Assembly: GCF_009914755.1 (NCBI RefSeq) | Contig: NC_060925.1 | Length of the DNA stretch: 64,000 nt | Strand: one strand, 5' to 3' | Source of the DNA: the human T2T-CHM13v2.0 reference genome, Homo sapiens | Shown here: positions 15,480 through 32,490 of the stretch, piece by piece | How the letters are laid out: each line of letters starts with the position of its first letter | Numbering within the stretch: position 1 is the stretch's first letter | Notes under the pieces: generated by a model | Seen by the model: the letters and a program-made list of their open reading frames with translations, nothing else | Told to the model about the DNA's origin: nothing | Databases searched by the model: none | Position numbers and translations under genes: made by a program

Positions 15480-18100
15480 ATTTAGATGTTAATTATTCAC
15501 TCAAAAAGATTTACTGAGCACTTACTGGGTGCCAGGCATGGCTGTCTAGGGTGCCATGGTCAGCAAAGCAGACAAAGCCCTGCCCTCGTGGAGCTGGCAT
15601 GCCAGTGGAGGCAGCAACAGTATTTTAAAAAGTAAAATGTGTTTCTGTTTGAGGCTGAGTACCGTGGAGAAGGCATAAGGGATGAGGCAAACGGAGAGGA
15701 GAGCCGCGATTGGAAGCAGGTGACCAGGGAAGGCCTCCTGAGAGGGCCAGGAATAGGTGCAGACCTGGAGGAGGGGAGGGAGGAGCCCTGCAGACAGCAG
15801 GGAAAGAGCACTCCAGCCAGACGCACAGCAAGTGCAAGTGCCCTGAGGCACTGAGAGGGTGTGGCTGTGTCCCCACCCGAATCTCATCTCCAGTTGTAAT
15901 CCCCATCATCCCCGCGTGTGGAGGGAGGGACCTAGTGGAAGGTGATTGGACCACAGGGGCGGTTTCCCCAATGCTGTTCTCGTGATAGTGAGTGAGTTCT
16001 CACGAGATCTCATGGTTTTATAAATGGCGGTTTCGGCTTTTTGGTCTTTCCTGCTGCCTTGTGAAGAAGGTGCTTGTTTCTTCTTTGCCTTCTGCCATGA
16101 TTGTAAGTTTCCCGAGGCCTCCTCAGCCATGCAGAACTGTCAATTAAACATCTTTCTTTTATAAATTACCAGTCTCGGGTGGTATCTTTATCGCAGTGTG
16201 AGAATAAGTGAATATGGGCAGAAACACATGGCCAGTCTCCAGGAGCAGACAGGAGGCCCGAAGGCCGGAGCGGAGCCAGGGAGAGGAAAGCGAGGGACGC
16301 TGAAGCCGCGTCCCGAGGGCCTGGAGGGCGGCTCTGGTGACCTTGGCTCTTGCTCTGTGTGAGCCAGGAGCCATGTGAGGGTTTCGAGCAGAGGAGTAAC
16401 ATGGTCTGATTTCATTGTTTTGGGCTGGAGGGACTGGAAGATGGAGTTGCCGCTGAGCTGAGAGATGGCTGGGGACAGCTCTGGGGAATGTGGATTTGGA
16501 CGCGGTAATATGCAATGCTTATTGGACATCCCAGTGGCGCTACTGGGGAATCTTTAGGAAAAGTGGACCTGACATTTGGAGGAAAGATCACAGATGGAAA
16601 ACGTGCTTTCGGGAGATTTGAGTGTAGGGCTGAGGCTGGACGCGCTCACCAGGGGTGAGTGGGCAGAGAGAGGGAGAGATCCCAGAATGAAAACCCGGGT
16701 CCCACTGTTAGGAGGCAGGGGAGGAGTGGGATCCACAAGGGCAAAGCAGCCACGTCCCCTGACTACGGGGTCACCATTCACCTCGCAGGCCATGTGAATC
16801 GCACCCCTGGAACTGTGCAGGGCCCACCTGTGTGGCCACACGCAGTGACCCTGAGCAAAGGAGTGACCACAGAAGTGCATGGCAAAGCAGAAAGGTGTGA
16901 CGTCTTGGAGGACGCGGGAGGAAAGCACGCCCAGCGGACAGGAGCCATCACGCGGCTGCGGGCTGCTGCTGAGAACCTGGCGTGGGCCACCGTCGTCAGC
17001 AGCGTGGAGGTAACTGACGACCTTGGCCAAGAAGTTGGGTGGCAGCGTGGAGGTCATGCTCAGAGTGAGTGGGCGCAAGAGACGGTGGCGGGAGAGGGAG
17101 TGGAGATCATAGGCGTGGATGGCTCTTATGAGCCTTTTCTCTGTAGAGGGGAGTGGGGGAACGGGGGAAGCTAGGAGGGAGCTGTGCCTTGTGCGTTGTG
17201 TGCTGTGTGCTTATCAGTTAAGGGGAAAAACAGCGGCAGGTGAGTTTCGTATGTTGCTGGGGATGACGTGGCAGAGGGACTATCCCACGAGGGAGCAGAC
17301 GGAAGCAGGCTTGCTGGGGTGATGGCCTGGGCAGGGTCGAGGGGGTGAACTTAGTGCACAGTGGGAGGGCTGGCGCTGGAGAGGGGCCTGGACTGGCCCC
17401 TGGGGTGACAAGGGAGAAGGTGGAAGGCATGGGCACTGAGGTGGGTTGTGGAACCTCCTGGAAACTCCCATTTGAGACAGTGACATGATGCCACCACTCA
17501 GGAGACTAGCGTGTGGAGGGGCTGGGGGCCGGGCCAGCAGGGAGGATGAGGGGCCCCCTTGAGATGCATGGGCTGAATGTAAAGTGAGGCCGATGGCATG
17601 AGCTGTTCCTCATCCTCGTTGAGCCGAAGGATGCGGGTGCTGCGAGTTGGGGGATGGGCGACTGTCCCTGGGACTGAAGTTTTGCAGGCTGCCAAAGCGA
17701 CAGGGCATGAGGGTCTTGCAAGGAGACCTCTAAAGATGAAGCAAATGCGAGGGGGGCTGAGGAGCTGTTGGAGGGGTGGGAGTCGGCGGCAGAAGTGCAG
17801 GGAGGGCCACAGGGGTTGAGGGGAAGGGCTGTGGCAGTCGGCGTGGCCCAGGGAGGGGCCAGGAGGATGGCAGCAGTGGTTGTGAGGGTGTCTGACATTG
17901 CGTGGCCATGAGGGAGGAGTTCAGCCAATGCTCGGTGAGGGCCAAAATGGAGGAGGGGCTGAGAGGAGTCAGACTCCTCATGACTGGGTGGGAGTGGGAC
18001 GGGGGCAGGGCATGAGTGACAAAAGCTGAGCCTTCCAGGAACCAGGGCTGGAGGGGGACTTGGCAAAGGGGATGGGGGCCACCACCCCCACTGACATGGG
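15480..18100 (-). mobile_element. Long L2 (L2a-like) remnant, interrupted by a THE1/MST LTR
   Basis: L2 3' end attcactcaaaaagatttactgagcacttactgggtgccagg; L2 body motifs (gatggagttgcc, ggacatcccagtgg, tgacgaccttggccaagaag); 5' boundary uncertain. Confidence 0.7.
15852..16215 (+). mobile_element. MaLR LTR (THE1D/MSTA-like)
   Basis: ggctgtgtccccacccgaatctcatc..gtgatagtgagtgagttctcacgagatct..gcagtgtgagaa. Confidence 0.85.
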
Positions 18101-18139
18101 ACTCAGAAAGGAGGCTTTGACTGTGGAGGGAGGGAACGG

Positions 18140-18640
18140 GGTCTGTGCATAGACTGTTGGCAAAAATGACCCCACTCCCACCCTGTGTCTCTGCTCTTGG
18201 TGGGGCGGGGTCCCTCACAGACTCCGGGCTTGGCTGCGTACCTCGCTTTGACCAGTGGGACATTAGAGTCGAAGGCTGGAAAGCCCATGTCCACTGGGGC
18301 TTGTCCTTTTGCTGGGCCTGGAGTCCCAAGGCTCCCACGGGCACAGGCTCAAGCCAGCCTGCTAGAAGGTGAGATGCTGCCCGGGGGAGAACTGGGGAGC
18401 CCTGGCCGATGGTCTGCTGCGTGCAGAACGGGTGAGGAAGCCCAGCGAGATTATCCAGCCACTAACCCACCAGCCTGGGGAGCATGACACGTGAGAGAGC
18501 CCAGCCAGGACTAGCAGGGCCCAGAAAATTCACCCAGACAACCCGAGATTCGTGGGAAGGAACCACTGTGACTGTGGTGTGTAGCTTTAGTGCCGCTGGT
18601 TTTTGGTCATTTGTTAGATAGTGAGCAGAAGCTCACCAGT
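18140..18640 (+). mobile_element. Old MaLR LTR (MLT1G/H-like)
   Basis: cgctttgaccagtgggacattag..agccagcctgctagaag..ttttggtcatttgtta. Confidence 0.6.
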
Positions 18641-20132
18641 GTAGTCTGAAAGCCACCGTAAAAAGCAGAAGGCCACCCACCCAGCTTCAGCTCTGTGGGC
18701 CGAGGCCGTGGGAGGGAAAGCGGTCCCCCGCTAAGACAGAGCAGGGGAGGCGTGCACCATGGGGGAGAGAGCCAGGGCCCTGCTGGAGGCAGTGGGTGAA
18801 GGGACCCTCTAGAGGAGTGCTTGGAGGTACAGGGGATTTTGCTGATGACTGGCTGTGGGATCTGAAGGTCAAAAGTGGAGGGGCTTTTGAGAGCCGGAGT
18901 GGGTGGGTAATGGGGTCAGAAGGGTGAGCGCTGTAAACAGGCTCGCAGGGCTTGCTGAGACAGCTGCTCCAATCCAGCTCAATAAACATGTAGTGAGGTC
19001 CCGCCAGGGCCCGGCCCCGGGCCAGCTGCTGCAGGACACGTGTCTGCTGTCCACTGAGTGTGTAGAGCTGTCCCCAGCCCTGGCAGCACATGTGGCGCTA
19101 CTCCCTCACCGTGCTGAAGAAGGAGCCAGTCCTTAGCCCTTCCCACTAACAGTCAGTGGGCTTTTTTCTTTTCTATGGGAACATGTCCTTGTTTTTCATT
19201 ATGAACGTCATGGGAAAATCAGATTTACCTAGCAGAAATGTCATTTGTTATCCATGTATCTGTTTTGTGGGGTGAAGGCTCCCTAGCGGGTAAGTGACAA
19301 AGCAAGAGACAAGAGCTCCCCTGCCATGAGCCCCAGGCCCTCTCGGTGCTCTGCTTGGTCATGGAGAGACCTTGAACTTGCTGCTTTGAGGGCTCGTTAG
19401 CATGTAAACCAGCTATTATTAGATTTCCAAGCTCATATTTATGTTTTATTAATCTGTGTAATGAAGTTCCCTTTCTCCCGACACCATCAGGGAGGCATTT
19501 GCCCAGGAAGGCTGTGCCTGTGGCAGAGACTCATGGCTCCGGCCTATAACAAGGGCCATGTACATCTTGCAGCCTGGTGGAGGCCGTGGAACACCATCCT
19601 GCAGTTCTGGGTCCCCTGACAACTGAATGTAGCACCCACCAGCTCTCCTGGAAGGGCCTTCTCACTCAGAACCAACCTTCAGCTCAATTGCTTCCCACTC
19701 TGGAAGGATGCTGGGGAGCCCCGTCCAGAACCCCAGCCTACTCCCAGTCCAGCAGCTATTTCTTTCTTGTGTTTCAAGGATTTGCAGCCAGAAGCTCCCA
19801 TTCCTTGGAGTCTCAGAGTGATCAGCTTTTCTGAGCTGTAGGTTTTGGAAAATATGGCTTTCTTGAACTTGGCCACAAAACCATTTGATTTTATAGGCCA
19901 AGGAGCCCCCTTGAGAAACAGGCACAGACAGGACCGGCGATTTGCCAAAGTCTGGTCTGACCTGCGTGAGTGTTTGCGGTGCCTTCCTCTCTGTGACAGT
20001 CCTCATGGTTTAGATAGATTTTTCTGCCTTGTTGCTCCAAATTAAACAATCACTACATTTTATTTAAACAAGTTTGTGTTTGAAGGGCACTGTGGTACAT
20101 GAGGAAGATCCCTGGGCATTTATTAATTCATC

Positions 20133-20507
20133 TGTGTGAGTCTGTTCTCATGCTGCTAATAAAGACATACCCGAGACTGGGTACTTTATAAAGGAAAGAC
20201 GTTTAATTGACTCACAGTTCAGCATGGCTGTGGAGCTGTCAGGAGACTTACAATCATGGTGGAAGGGGAAGCAAACATGTCCTTCTTCACATGGCAGCAG
20301 CAAGAAGAAGTGCTGAGTCAAAGGGGGAAAGCCTCTTATAAAACCATCAGATCTCATGAGAGCTCAATATCATGAGAACAGCATGAAGGTAACTTCCCCC
20401 ATGATTCAATTACCTCCCACTGGGTCCCTCCCACGACATGTGGGGATTATGGGAACTACAATTCAAGATGAGATTTGGGTGGAGACACAGCCAAACCATC
20501 CATATCA
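20133..20507 (-). mobile_element. THE1 LTR
   Basis: tgtgtgagtctgttctcatgctgctaataaagacatacccgagactggg..gagatttgggtggagacacagccaaacc. Confidence 0.9.
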
Positions 20508-22639
20508 TCCATCCATCCATCATCTGCCCATCCTTCTCTCATCCACCCTATATCCATCCATCCATCATCCATCTGGAGTGGTGAGACAGATGAAGAGTTG
20601 CCCACCTCACAGAGTGTGCAGGGTCGTGGGGAGGGTGACAGTGGGTATTTTAGCTGGGGTTATCAGGGTGGGTTTCTCCAATCAAGTGTTTTGATCTGAG
20701 ACCTGAAGAATGATAAGGCATCAGCCACTCAGGAAACAGGACAAACTCTGTGGCTTCTTCTTGCCCATACCCCGGGAGACCATTTTGAAGTGTTGGACTC
20801 TTTTCCCTCCTTGCCGTTGGTGTCACTTTTATGTCCTGGCTGTCCTCTCTCCCCTCCTCTTTGCTGTCCCTAAATCTTTGTGACAAGATGTTTAGAGGAA
20901 AGTGGTGCAGGGCTGAGACACAACCCAGGCCCCTTCCCTTGTCCTGCCCTCCATAGCAGGTGCATTTAATCTTCAAGGCTGCAGAATGGCTGCACTGCTT
21001 CCAGGTACTGCATACACATCCCAGGCAGGAAGAAGGCAGAGGGGACGGAGAAGCCATCTCACTTAGATTCCCTTCCCAAGGCCTGCAGGGTTAATCTGCA
21101 GGGAAGGCTCTGAGCTGAAGGGAGTTCTCAGCAGGGCTGTAGGTGGCAGGAGTTTGGGAATCACAGAGCCTGGACATCCAGTCCCTTCAAATCAGGCTTA
21201 TGATTCACCAATGTCCCAGCTGCCTCTAACAAGACTCACTGCTCAGAAGACAAGCTGAAGAGCCCCCTGGAAGTGGCACATTCCCAGCAAAAGCAGCTCA
21301 AAAGGATTAGGAAGGAGAGGCAGCATGCATTCCAACCCTGTTGGGCTTCTGGCCCAAGGCCTGCGTATGTTTACAAGCCCGGCTCACACCTTTGTGATCT
21401 GTTGCTCACTGGGGCCGATGTGTCTTGGGAGCCACTGAATCTGTTAGGGACCATGTTTCTCCGGCATGGTCCTTGAGTTGCTGGCTTTGAGCTGTTGGCT
21501 TTGGAAGGGTTGGCTGGGCCCAAGCATTCACAGCCTGGGAACTGCACGTGAAGAGAAATGGAGCTTTGATCACAAGATGTGAAATTTGTCATCTCTTTCC
21601 CCACGTGGACATTCACTCAAGCCTCTCCCTCCCTGTTCCTTTAATAACATTTATTTTAACCAGTCACTTGTATCATTTTTCTTGATTCACTTCACCTTGG
21701 GCACTTTCATTATTTTCCTCACAAAATCAAGGCTCAGATTTAATTTCCCTCTCCCGTTCGATGGCCTGGCAGAGTGGCCAGGAGGGGGAGGAGGATGTGT
21801 GGAGGCATGAGGTGAGGGGCCCTGGGGGCCTCCGGCAGGAAGGGCTGTACCTTCCAAGGGGTGTGTGGGCAGGAGGGAAACGCTGCATCTGGGAGAGCGG
21901 GGACCCTCACAGGCAGTGGGTCGGGCTGCTCATTCCCTGTGGGTGGGTGGGGGGAATTTTCAAGCCCTTCTCCTGGGGTCCCTCCTGGGAAATCTTTCCC
22001 CAGAGTCTAGGCAGGCCCCTTCTGGCTCTCTGTCTGGCCAGGGTGCCTGCTGGGGATTTTGCTGAGACCCCAGAGGGGAGGTGTCCATGCCAGGGTCTGC
22101 CTGGGTGCCCAGAGCCTGTGGCCATTTGGAGAGCACTGGGCCGAGCGCCAGGAGACCAGGCTGCAGTCCTGTCAGGTGGAACTCTGTGTGACCTTGGGCA
22201 AGTGGTTCCCTGTCTCTGCACTTTCAGGAAGTGAGGGAGCTGGGCTTGGTGGCCACGGCTCTGTGCAGCTTTGCAAGTCAGCATCGCTGATGCTTCCAGG
22301 TGCTCCATCTCTGTGATGGGATCACAGATTCAGCAGGCGTGCGGGGACCTGGGGACCTGGCAGTGTTCCTTTGCACTGTTGAAGCCACATGCCTAGATTT
22401 CCCCACAGGGTGGTGAATGAGGCCAGCCCGGCGTGAGCCAGCGGCCAAGTTCCTCCTCTGTCTGGAGTCTTGTGGGGCTTGGGGAGGCCACAGCATCCCC
22501 TGTGGGTCTTCCTTTCCTTTCAGGTCTAGGCGATGGCTCTCAGGGAGGGGGTGGTATTGTAAGCCCTCCTCCCAGGAGACATTTGGCAATGTTTGGAGCT
22601 ATTTTCAGTTGTGGTGCGTGTGTGTGTGTGTATCCAAAA

Positions 22640-23005
22640 TGTCAATAGAGTCCCCTACCCAATTTGTATGTTGAAGTCCTAGTAATCAGGATGTCAGAGT
22701 ATGACTGTATTTATAGTTTTTTCAGAATTAAGTTAAAATGGGATCATTAGGGTGGGCCCTAACCCATTATGATTGTGTCCTTATAAGAAGAGGGGATGGA
22801 GACACAGACACACACAGAGGGACGAACCTGTGGGTACAGGGAGAAGATGGCATCCGCAAGCCAAGGAGAGAGGCCTCAGGAGAAACCAACCTGCCCGTGC
22901 CTTGATCTCACTTCCAGCCTGCAGGACTGTGGGGCAGTAAGTGTCCGTGTTTAAGCCGCCGGGCTGTGGTGCTTTGCCATGGCGGCCCTTGTAAAGCCAA
23001 GCCAG
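22640..23005 (+). mobile_element. MaLR LTR (MLT1A/B-like)
   Basis: tatgttgaagtcct..agggtgggccctaa..agccaaggagagaggcctcaggagaaaccaacc. Confidence 0.85.
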
Positions 23006-23696
23006 TGATGGCATTCCAGGAGTAAAGACAGGATGGCTGGCAGAGCAGGCTTCGGACAGAGAGTGACTCCTGTTGAGGGGTGTGGATCTTTCCCACCGCT
23101 TGGCTTCTCTTCCCCTTCTTGCTTTCCTTATTTTTAAAATTCCTGTTTTAAGATTGTCAGCTCCATGGGTTGAAGCACTGGTATGGGGAAGAGACGGGCT
23201 TATGGGGTTTTGATTCCAACTTCCTCTCTGCCTCCGCTCTGGGTGGCTCTCGGACCCCGAGGCTTGGGGTCTCTGAGCTGGGGGAGCTGTCTGGGTGAGG
23301 CGGTTCCTGCCAATGTGGTTGAGGCTCCAGGAACTTGAATTCCTAGCATCCCTTCCCATGGCAACCACAGGCAGTGGCTCACTGAATGGCAGCAGCTTCT
23401 GAGGTCCCAGCAGGAGGGGACATGGCGAAGAAAACAATCTGCAGTTTCCCCACAACGAGAGGGCGGCAAGCAAGAGGGAGGAGGAAGAAGAAGAGACCCT
23501 GGGGGGTAAAACCACCTGGATCACGGGAAAAAGAAGACCAGGAGCAAAAAGAATGTATACAGTGTTCAGTCCCATTTTTATAAAAAAAACTATAGAAAAT
23601 ATTGAAAGAATCGACTCTCAGACATCATCATGATTATTACAGGGGTATTATAGCTGGACGGTGGCAAGGTGTATGAGCTGAAGGCGTTTTTACATC

Positions 23697-23997
23697 TCTT
23701 TTATTTATTTATTTTGAGACGGAGTCTTGCTTTATTGCCTAGGCTGGAGTGCAATAGCGAGATCTCGGCTCACTGCAACCTCCGCCTCTGGGTTCAAATG
23801 ATCCTCCTGCCTCAGCCTCCTGAGTAGCTGGGATTACTGGTGCGTACCACCACTCCTGGCTAATTTTTGTATTTTTAGGAGAGACGGGGTTTCACCACAT
23901 TGCCCAGGCTGGTCTCGAACTCCTGACCTGAAGTGATCCACCCCCGCCTTGGCCTCCCAAAGTGCTACTATTACAGGCATGAGCCACTGTGCCCGGC
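23697..23997 (-). mobile_element. Alu (AluS-type)
   Basis: Reverse Alu; TSD TACA(T/C)CTCTTTTA. Confidence 0.95.
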
Positions 23998-24149
23998 TAC
24001 ACCTCTTTTAAAAATGATCTAAAACATATTATTTTTGTAATAAGGATAATATAATAATAAAAAGCCTTGCTTCTCTCCAGGGAAGAAAGGGATAAGGGCT
24101 GCCCCTTTGGCATCAGCCGCCTGTGCTCCTGTCCCCTTGTAAAGCCGTG

Positions 24150-24310
24150 GGGACTTGAAGAGGTCACACCAGCTACCCAAGCCTGTTTCTTTGGCTGTGA
24201 AATGAAGAAAGAAAGAGCACTTTATCCTGAGGTTTAAAGTAAGGATTCCAATGAAGTCATATCCGTGAAGTACTGGGCACACCATCTGCCCTCAATAAAT
24301 GTTAGCTATT
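24150..24310 (+). mobile_element. MIR fragment
   Basis: ctgtttctttggctgtgaaatg..ctcaataaatgttagctatt. Confidence 0.6.
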
Positions 24311-25133
24311 TTTGTTGTTATGACATTTTCCGGCCAGAACCATCCCTCAAGAAGAGGAAGTCTTGCTGAACAACCTCTCAATGAAACCAGAGTGGTCAAT
24401 TCTGCTCTTCTTTTATTAGAAAGTGATTCTTCCCTTCTTGTTTGGAAATGGGTTTCAGGGAAGCTGCCTGCGAGACAGAGACACCCCAGCCCCTCTTCTG
24501 GCTTGTCTGAATGAAGCTGTTTGACTACAGCTCCGAGAGCTGGCCCTGCAATGGACTCCTGGCCAGGTGTCACAAAGAAAGAACACCTTGGTCTCTCCCA
24601 TCTAAACTGCTGGAGGGACTGCATTTGTGTTTTTTTGGGGGGGCTACCCACCAGGACAAAGTCATGAGCTTGAGGCTGGGGAAGCACCCGTGAGCCGGCG
24701 CGTTACCGCGGTCAGGGGATCTGAGGCCCTTGTATGATCAGGGAACACCAGTTCCAGAGACGTCCAGAAGGAGCGGGGAGAGAGGAAGGTTCCACATTGC
24801 TGACCTTTAACTTTTGTTCCCACTTCTGCCATGGAGGCTAATTGTTACGTTTTCCTTGCTGAGCAGCGTTCGGCTTCCTACACCCCGGTGGCTTCGCCTG
24901 TGCCTACTCCCAGTGCTCGCACGTTTGGCCTAAAGCAGTTAAACCTCTGAGCTGCCCAAAGACCTTGTAAGAATGAGAAACTGCTCCATGGTTTATTAAA
25001 AAGCAAACAAAAAAACCTTCCACAAAATAACAGCAATAAAAAAAAACCATTTAAAGTGATGTCCCTCCCTTCATAGGATGTAAGCTCATATTTAAACCAT
25101 ATATTGCTCCAGCAGGGTCACAGGTGGAGGTCA

Positions 25134-26117
<984 letters not shown>

Positions 26118-26619
26118 TGAACTTCAGGGCCTGAAATCACTGCAGCTCTGAGTTTTAAAGCAGTTTGTGGTGGAAGAACCCCTGTCAATTACCCACGCTG
26201 TGTCGGAGGGGCCAGTGCAGTCTTCTGATGTGTCTTTGGATTGAATGTTGGTTCAGATCACTTTCCAGAAACTTCTGGTGCCACTCCAGGCAGAGAAATG
26301 CAATGGCAGAAAGCGTCCCCGACCTGGGTCCCTGGAGTCTCCGTGACTTTCCCCGCCATGACGGGTAGAAGCAAAGTGTCCCTGTGAGGCAAGGTGCACT
26401 CACCCACCCCAAGATTGTTTTTCGTTCAGACCCTAAAGCTGACTTCTTGTTCGAGGTTCGGAAGTGATGAACACATTTTACGAAGCAAAAGTTGACATCC
26501 CGGGTGAAAACACAGGCCACCTTTTTAAAGGATGCCTTTGCAGTATCGTGCTGTATCTTGATAAAAATTCACTCTCCTTGGCTCCTGGGATGGGGTGCAG
26601 TCTCAGGCACCCCTGAGCC

Positions 26620-27230
26620 TGTCTATGCCTGGGGCAAATCGCCACCCATTTGTGGCCTACGTCACTGTCGCCCCTGTGGATGCTCCTGGGGCATGGTGTG
26701 TTAGGAGTCTGGGTGGGGGGTTCCTCAGGCGGCCATCTGGGTGCTGGCTGGGCCTGTGCTCCTCTCTGGAGTTCGGAGTTTTCTTCCAGCCTTGTTCAGG
26801 TTGTTGGCAGAATTCAGTTCCTCGGGGCTGTAGTGCTAAGGTCCCTCTTCTTGCTGGCTGTTGGAGGGGCTGCCGTCCACCCTGAAGACTGCCTGCACAT
26901 CCTTGCCACGAGGCCACCATGGACAGCTCGCAGTGGGGTTTTTGCTTTCTTCTAGGCCAGCAGGGCACGTCTCTCTGACTTCTGTCTCAAGCCTCTAGAC
27001 TCCCTTTTAAGAGTTCCCCTGATTAGCGCAGGCCCAAGCAGGACACCCTCCCTTTGAAGCACTCCGTTGATTAGGGACCTGATGACATCCTCACGCATCC
27101 CTGTGGCTGTGTGACGTGACATAATCCTGGGGGTGATGCCCCCTCGCCTCCTGGGTCTCCCTGCACTTGAGGGGGCCACCATATGAGGGTGTGGGGCTTG
27201 GGGGCTGGCCTTAGAATTCTGCCCACCACA
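26620..27230 (-). mobile_element. MaLR LTR (MLT1E-like)
   Basis: gttgttggcagaattcagttcctcggggctgtag..ccttagaattctgcccaccaca. Confidence 0.75.
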
Positions 27231-27593
27231 ATCCCTGGGGTGCCTCGTGTGGGGGTAAGGGAGGGGTTCCCCTGTACATGGAGGTGAGGGAAGGCAGGGC
27301 TGTGCCTTGTGTGGGGAGCATGTTCAAGTCCCCATGTCGGCCTTTCTCATGCAACCTGAATTGTGGGTTGCCCTGGCCTCTGGACCCGTGTGTCCTGGTG
27401 CTTCTTCATGAGGGATCAGCGCACACATCTGGACTCTGCTATGCGTCTGCCTCCCAGTAGAGGAGGTGGCTGGGGTTTGGGTTTGGACTCTAAGTGGGCT
27501 GGAAGTTACTGGGGAGGCTCAGAGGAAGGTTTCCTGCAATGCATGGCTTGATCCAGTCTGCAGGGATGGGTGGTGTCTGTCAGTGAGAGAGGA

Positions 27594-27955
27594 GGGGACA
27601 GGTGCCCCAGGCTCAGAAACAGGTGGCCCAGGCTTGGGGACAGGTGATCCAGGCTAGGGACAGGAGCACCAGGCATGGGGACAGGTGACCCAGGCTCAGA
27701 AACAGGTGTCCCAGCCTTGGGGACAAGTGGCCCAGGCTCAGAAACAGGTGGCCCAGGCTTGGAGACAGATGCCCCAGGCAGGGGGAACAGGTGCCCCAGG
27801 CTCAGAAACAGGTGGCTTAGCTTGGGGACAGGTGGCCCAGGCTCAGAAATAGGTGGCCTAGGCTTGGGGACAGGTTTCCCAGGCTTGGGAACAGGTGGCC
27901 CAGGCTTGGGGATAGGTGCTCCAGGCTCCAGGACAGGTGGCCCAGGCTTGGGGAT
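27594..27955. repeat. Minisatellite, 21-bp unit, ~17 copies
   Basis: GGGGACAGGTGGCCCAGGCTT interspersed with AGAAACAGGTGGCCCAGGCTY variants. Confidence 0.95.
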
Positions 27956-28686
27956 GGGCTGAGCAAAGGTGCTGTGAGGGGTCGGGGATGGGACAGTTCC
28001 CCTGGGGTGGATGGGAGGGCCCCTGGCTCGGGTGGTCTCTCCTCTGGTCATGGTGCATTAGTATCATAGTGTCACCCTGGGGAGGGGTCTCTGTTGGATG
28101 GCACACCATGTGGTGTTCCAGAGACTGTCCACGAGTGCCCTCTGCCAGGCTCCAACACTTTCCCTAAATACTTTGAATAACTCATTTTTAAAAGTAATGG
28201 GGAGGCTACTCTGCTTGTACAATGAGTTAAAGCAGCCCCGTCCAGGGTTCCGCGGTGGTGAAAGGGCCGTGAGCATGTAAGGAGGGAGCCTGTGCTTGGG
28301 TTCCTGGTGAGTTGCCCAGATGCAGTTAGGAATCAGCCAGAGATACCTTTTTTTAAAAAAATTAAATTCATCAGGATCATGCTGACTGTCCAGCCTTCAA
28401 CACCACCCATCAGCCATCACGTACCTGCGGAGGGTCCCCGTGGTACCAACCTCAGCCTGCTTTTTGCCCTGAGCTCTCCTGGGAGAAGGAGCCAGGGATG
28501 GGGCAAGAGAAGGTACCACCCTGGAGCATGTAGTGTCGTGGCACCTTCACCTACTTGCCCGGAACCTTGGCCCAATGATGCCCTTCCTGTGAGGTGCGGT
28601 TTCCCACTCATAAGATGGGGATGGCATGGACCTCAGAAGGATGTTGGATACAAATGTAAAAAATGACACATTGTCAAAAACAAGCA

Positions 28687-28979
<293 letters not shown>

Positions 28980-29244
28980 AAAAACAGCATGTTTTTTTGT
29001 GTGTGTCAAAGAGTTTAATTCATGAAAAGAAAACAGCTTACAATAAATCATTTAAAAAGCACGCTTACATTTACCTTTATACCTGCTTATGTGCACCTGT
29101 GCGTTTTGAGTCCATAAAGGAAGAAGCATGCTCCAATGATACATTCTCAGTGTTTCTCTGTCATATGCTGCCATTCACTAAAATAACCTGATTATAATGC
29201 ATCTTATAGAAAGCTTGTTTACATTTGCCTTGGAAATAAAAACC

Positions 29245-31712
<2,468 letters not shown>

Positions 31713-31784
31713 TGAAAAACAAGGATTCTTAACAAAGTTTACCTTCATATTATTTCCTGAAGAGGCTGGTGTCTTGCAGTGATG

Positions 31785-32490
31785 CTTTGGGGAGAGGTGA
31801 TGTCATGGGGGAGATGATATCATGGGTGAGGTGATGCCATGGGTGAGGTGATGGCATGGGGAGGGGATGTGTTGGGGAAGTGATGCCATGGGGAGGGGAC
31901 GTGATGGGGAAGCGATGTCATAGAGAGGTGATATCATGGGGAGGTGATGCCATTGGGAGGGGATGCCATGGGGAGGGGATGTTATGGGGAAGGGGTGTCA
32001 TGGAGGGGTGATGGCATGGTGAGGTGATGTCATGGGGAGGTGATGCCATAGAGAGGTGATGTCATGGGGGAGGTGATGCCATAGAGAGGTGATGTCATGG
32101 GGAGGTGATGTCATAGGGGTGATGTCAAAGGGGAGATGATGTCATGGGAGAGGTGATGTCATGGAGAGGTGATGTCATGGAGAGGTGATGTCATGGAGGG
32201 GTGATGTCATGGAGAGGTGATGTCATGGGGAGGTGATGCATGGGGACGTGAAGTCATGCGGAGGGGATGTCATTGGGAGGTGATTTCCTGGGAGAGGTGA
32301 TGTCATGGGAGAGGTGATGCCATTGGGAGGTGATGTCATGCAGAGGTGATGTGATGGGGAAGTGATGCCATGGGGGAGACAATGTTGTGGCAGTGGTGAT
32401 GCCATAAGGAAGTAATGTTATTAGGGAGATGATGTCATGGGGGTAAGCCATTGGGGAGGTGAAGTTGTTGGGGAGGTGATGTTGTTGGTG
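31785..32490. repeat. Minisatellite, 16-17-bp unit, ~40 copies
   Basis: Unit ATGG(G/A)GAGGTGATGTC; homogeneous core at ~32030-32240 with degenerate edges. Confidence 0.95.

Noticed and set aside
14588-15517. His/Cys-rich ORFs resembling metal-binding proteins
   Set aside because: Translations of the CA/TG low-complexity tract
22781-23575. Longest ORF in the window (264 aa)
   Set aside because: No recognisable domain; the C-terminal part is read through a MaLR LTR
24985-25050. AATAAA and A-rich stretch as a transcript 3' end or retrocopy tail
   Set aside because: No upstream exon or retrocopy body and no TSD recognised
27506-28051. Pro/Gly-rich collagen- or elastin-like ORFs
   Set aside because: Translation of the 21-bp VNTR
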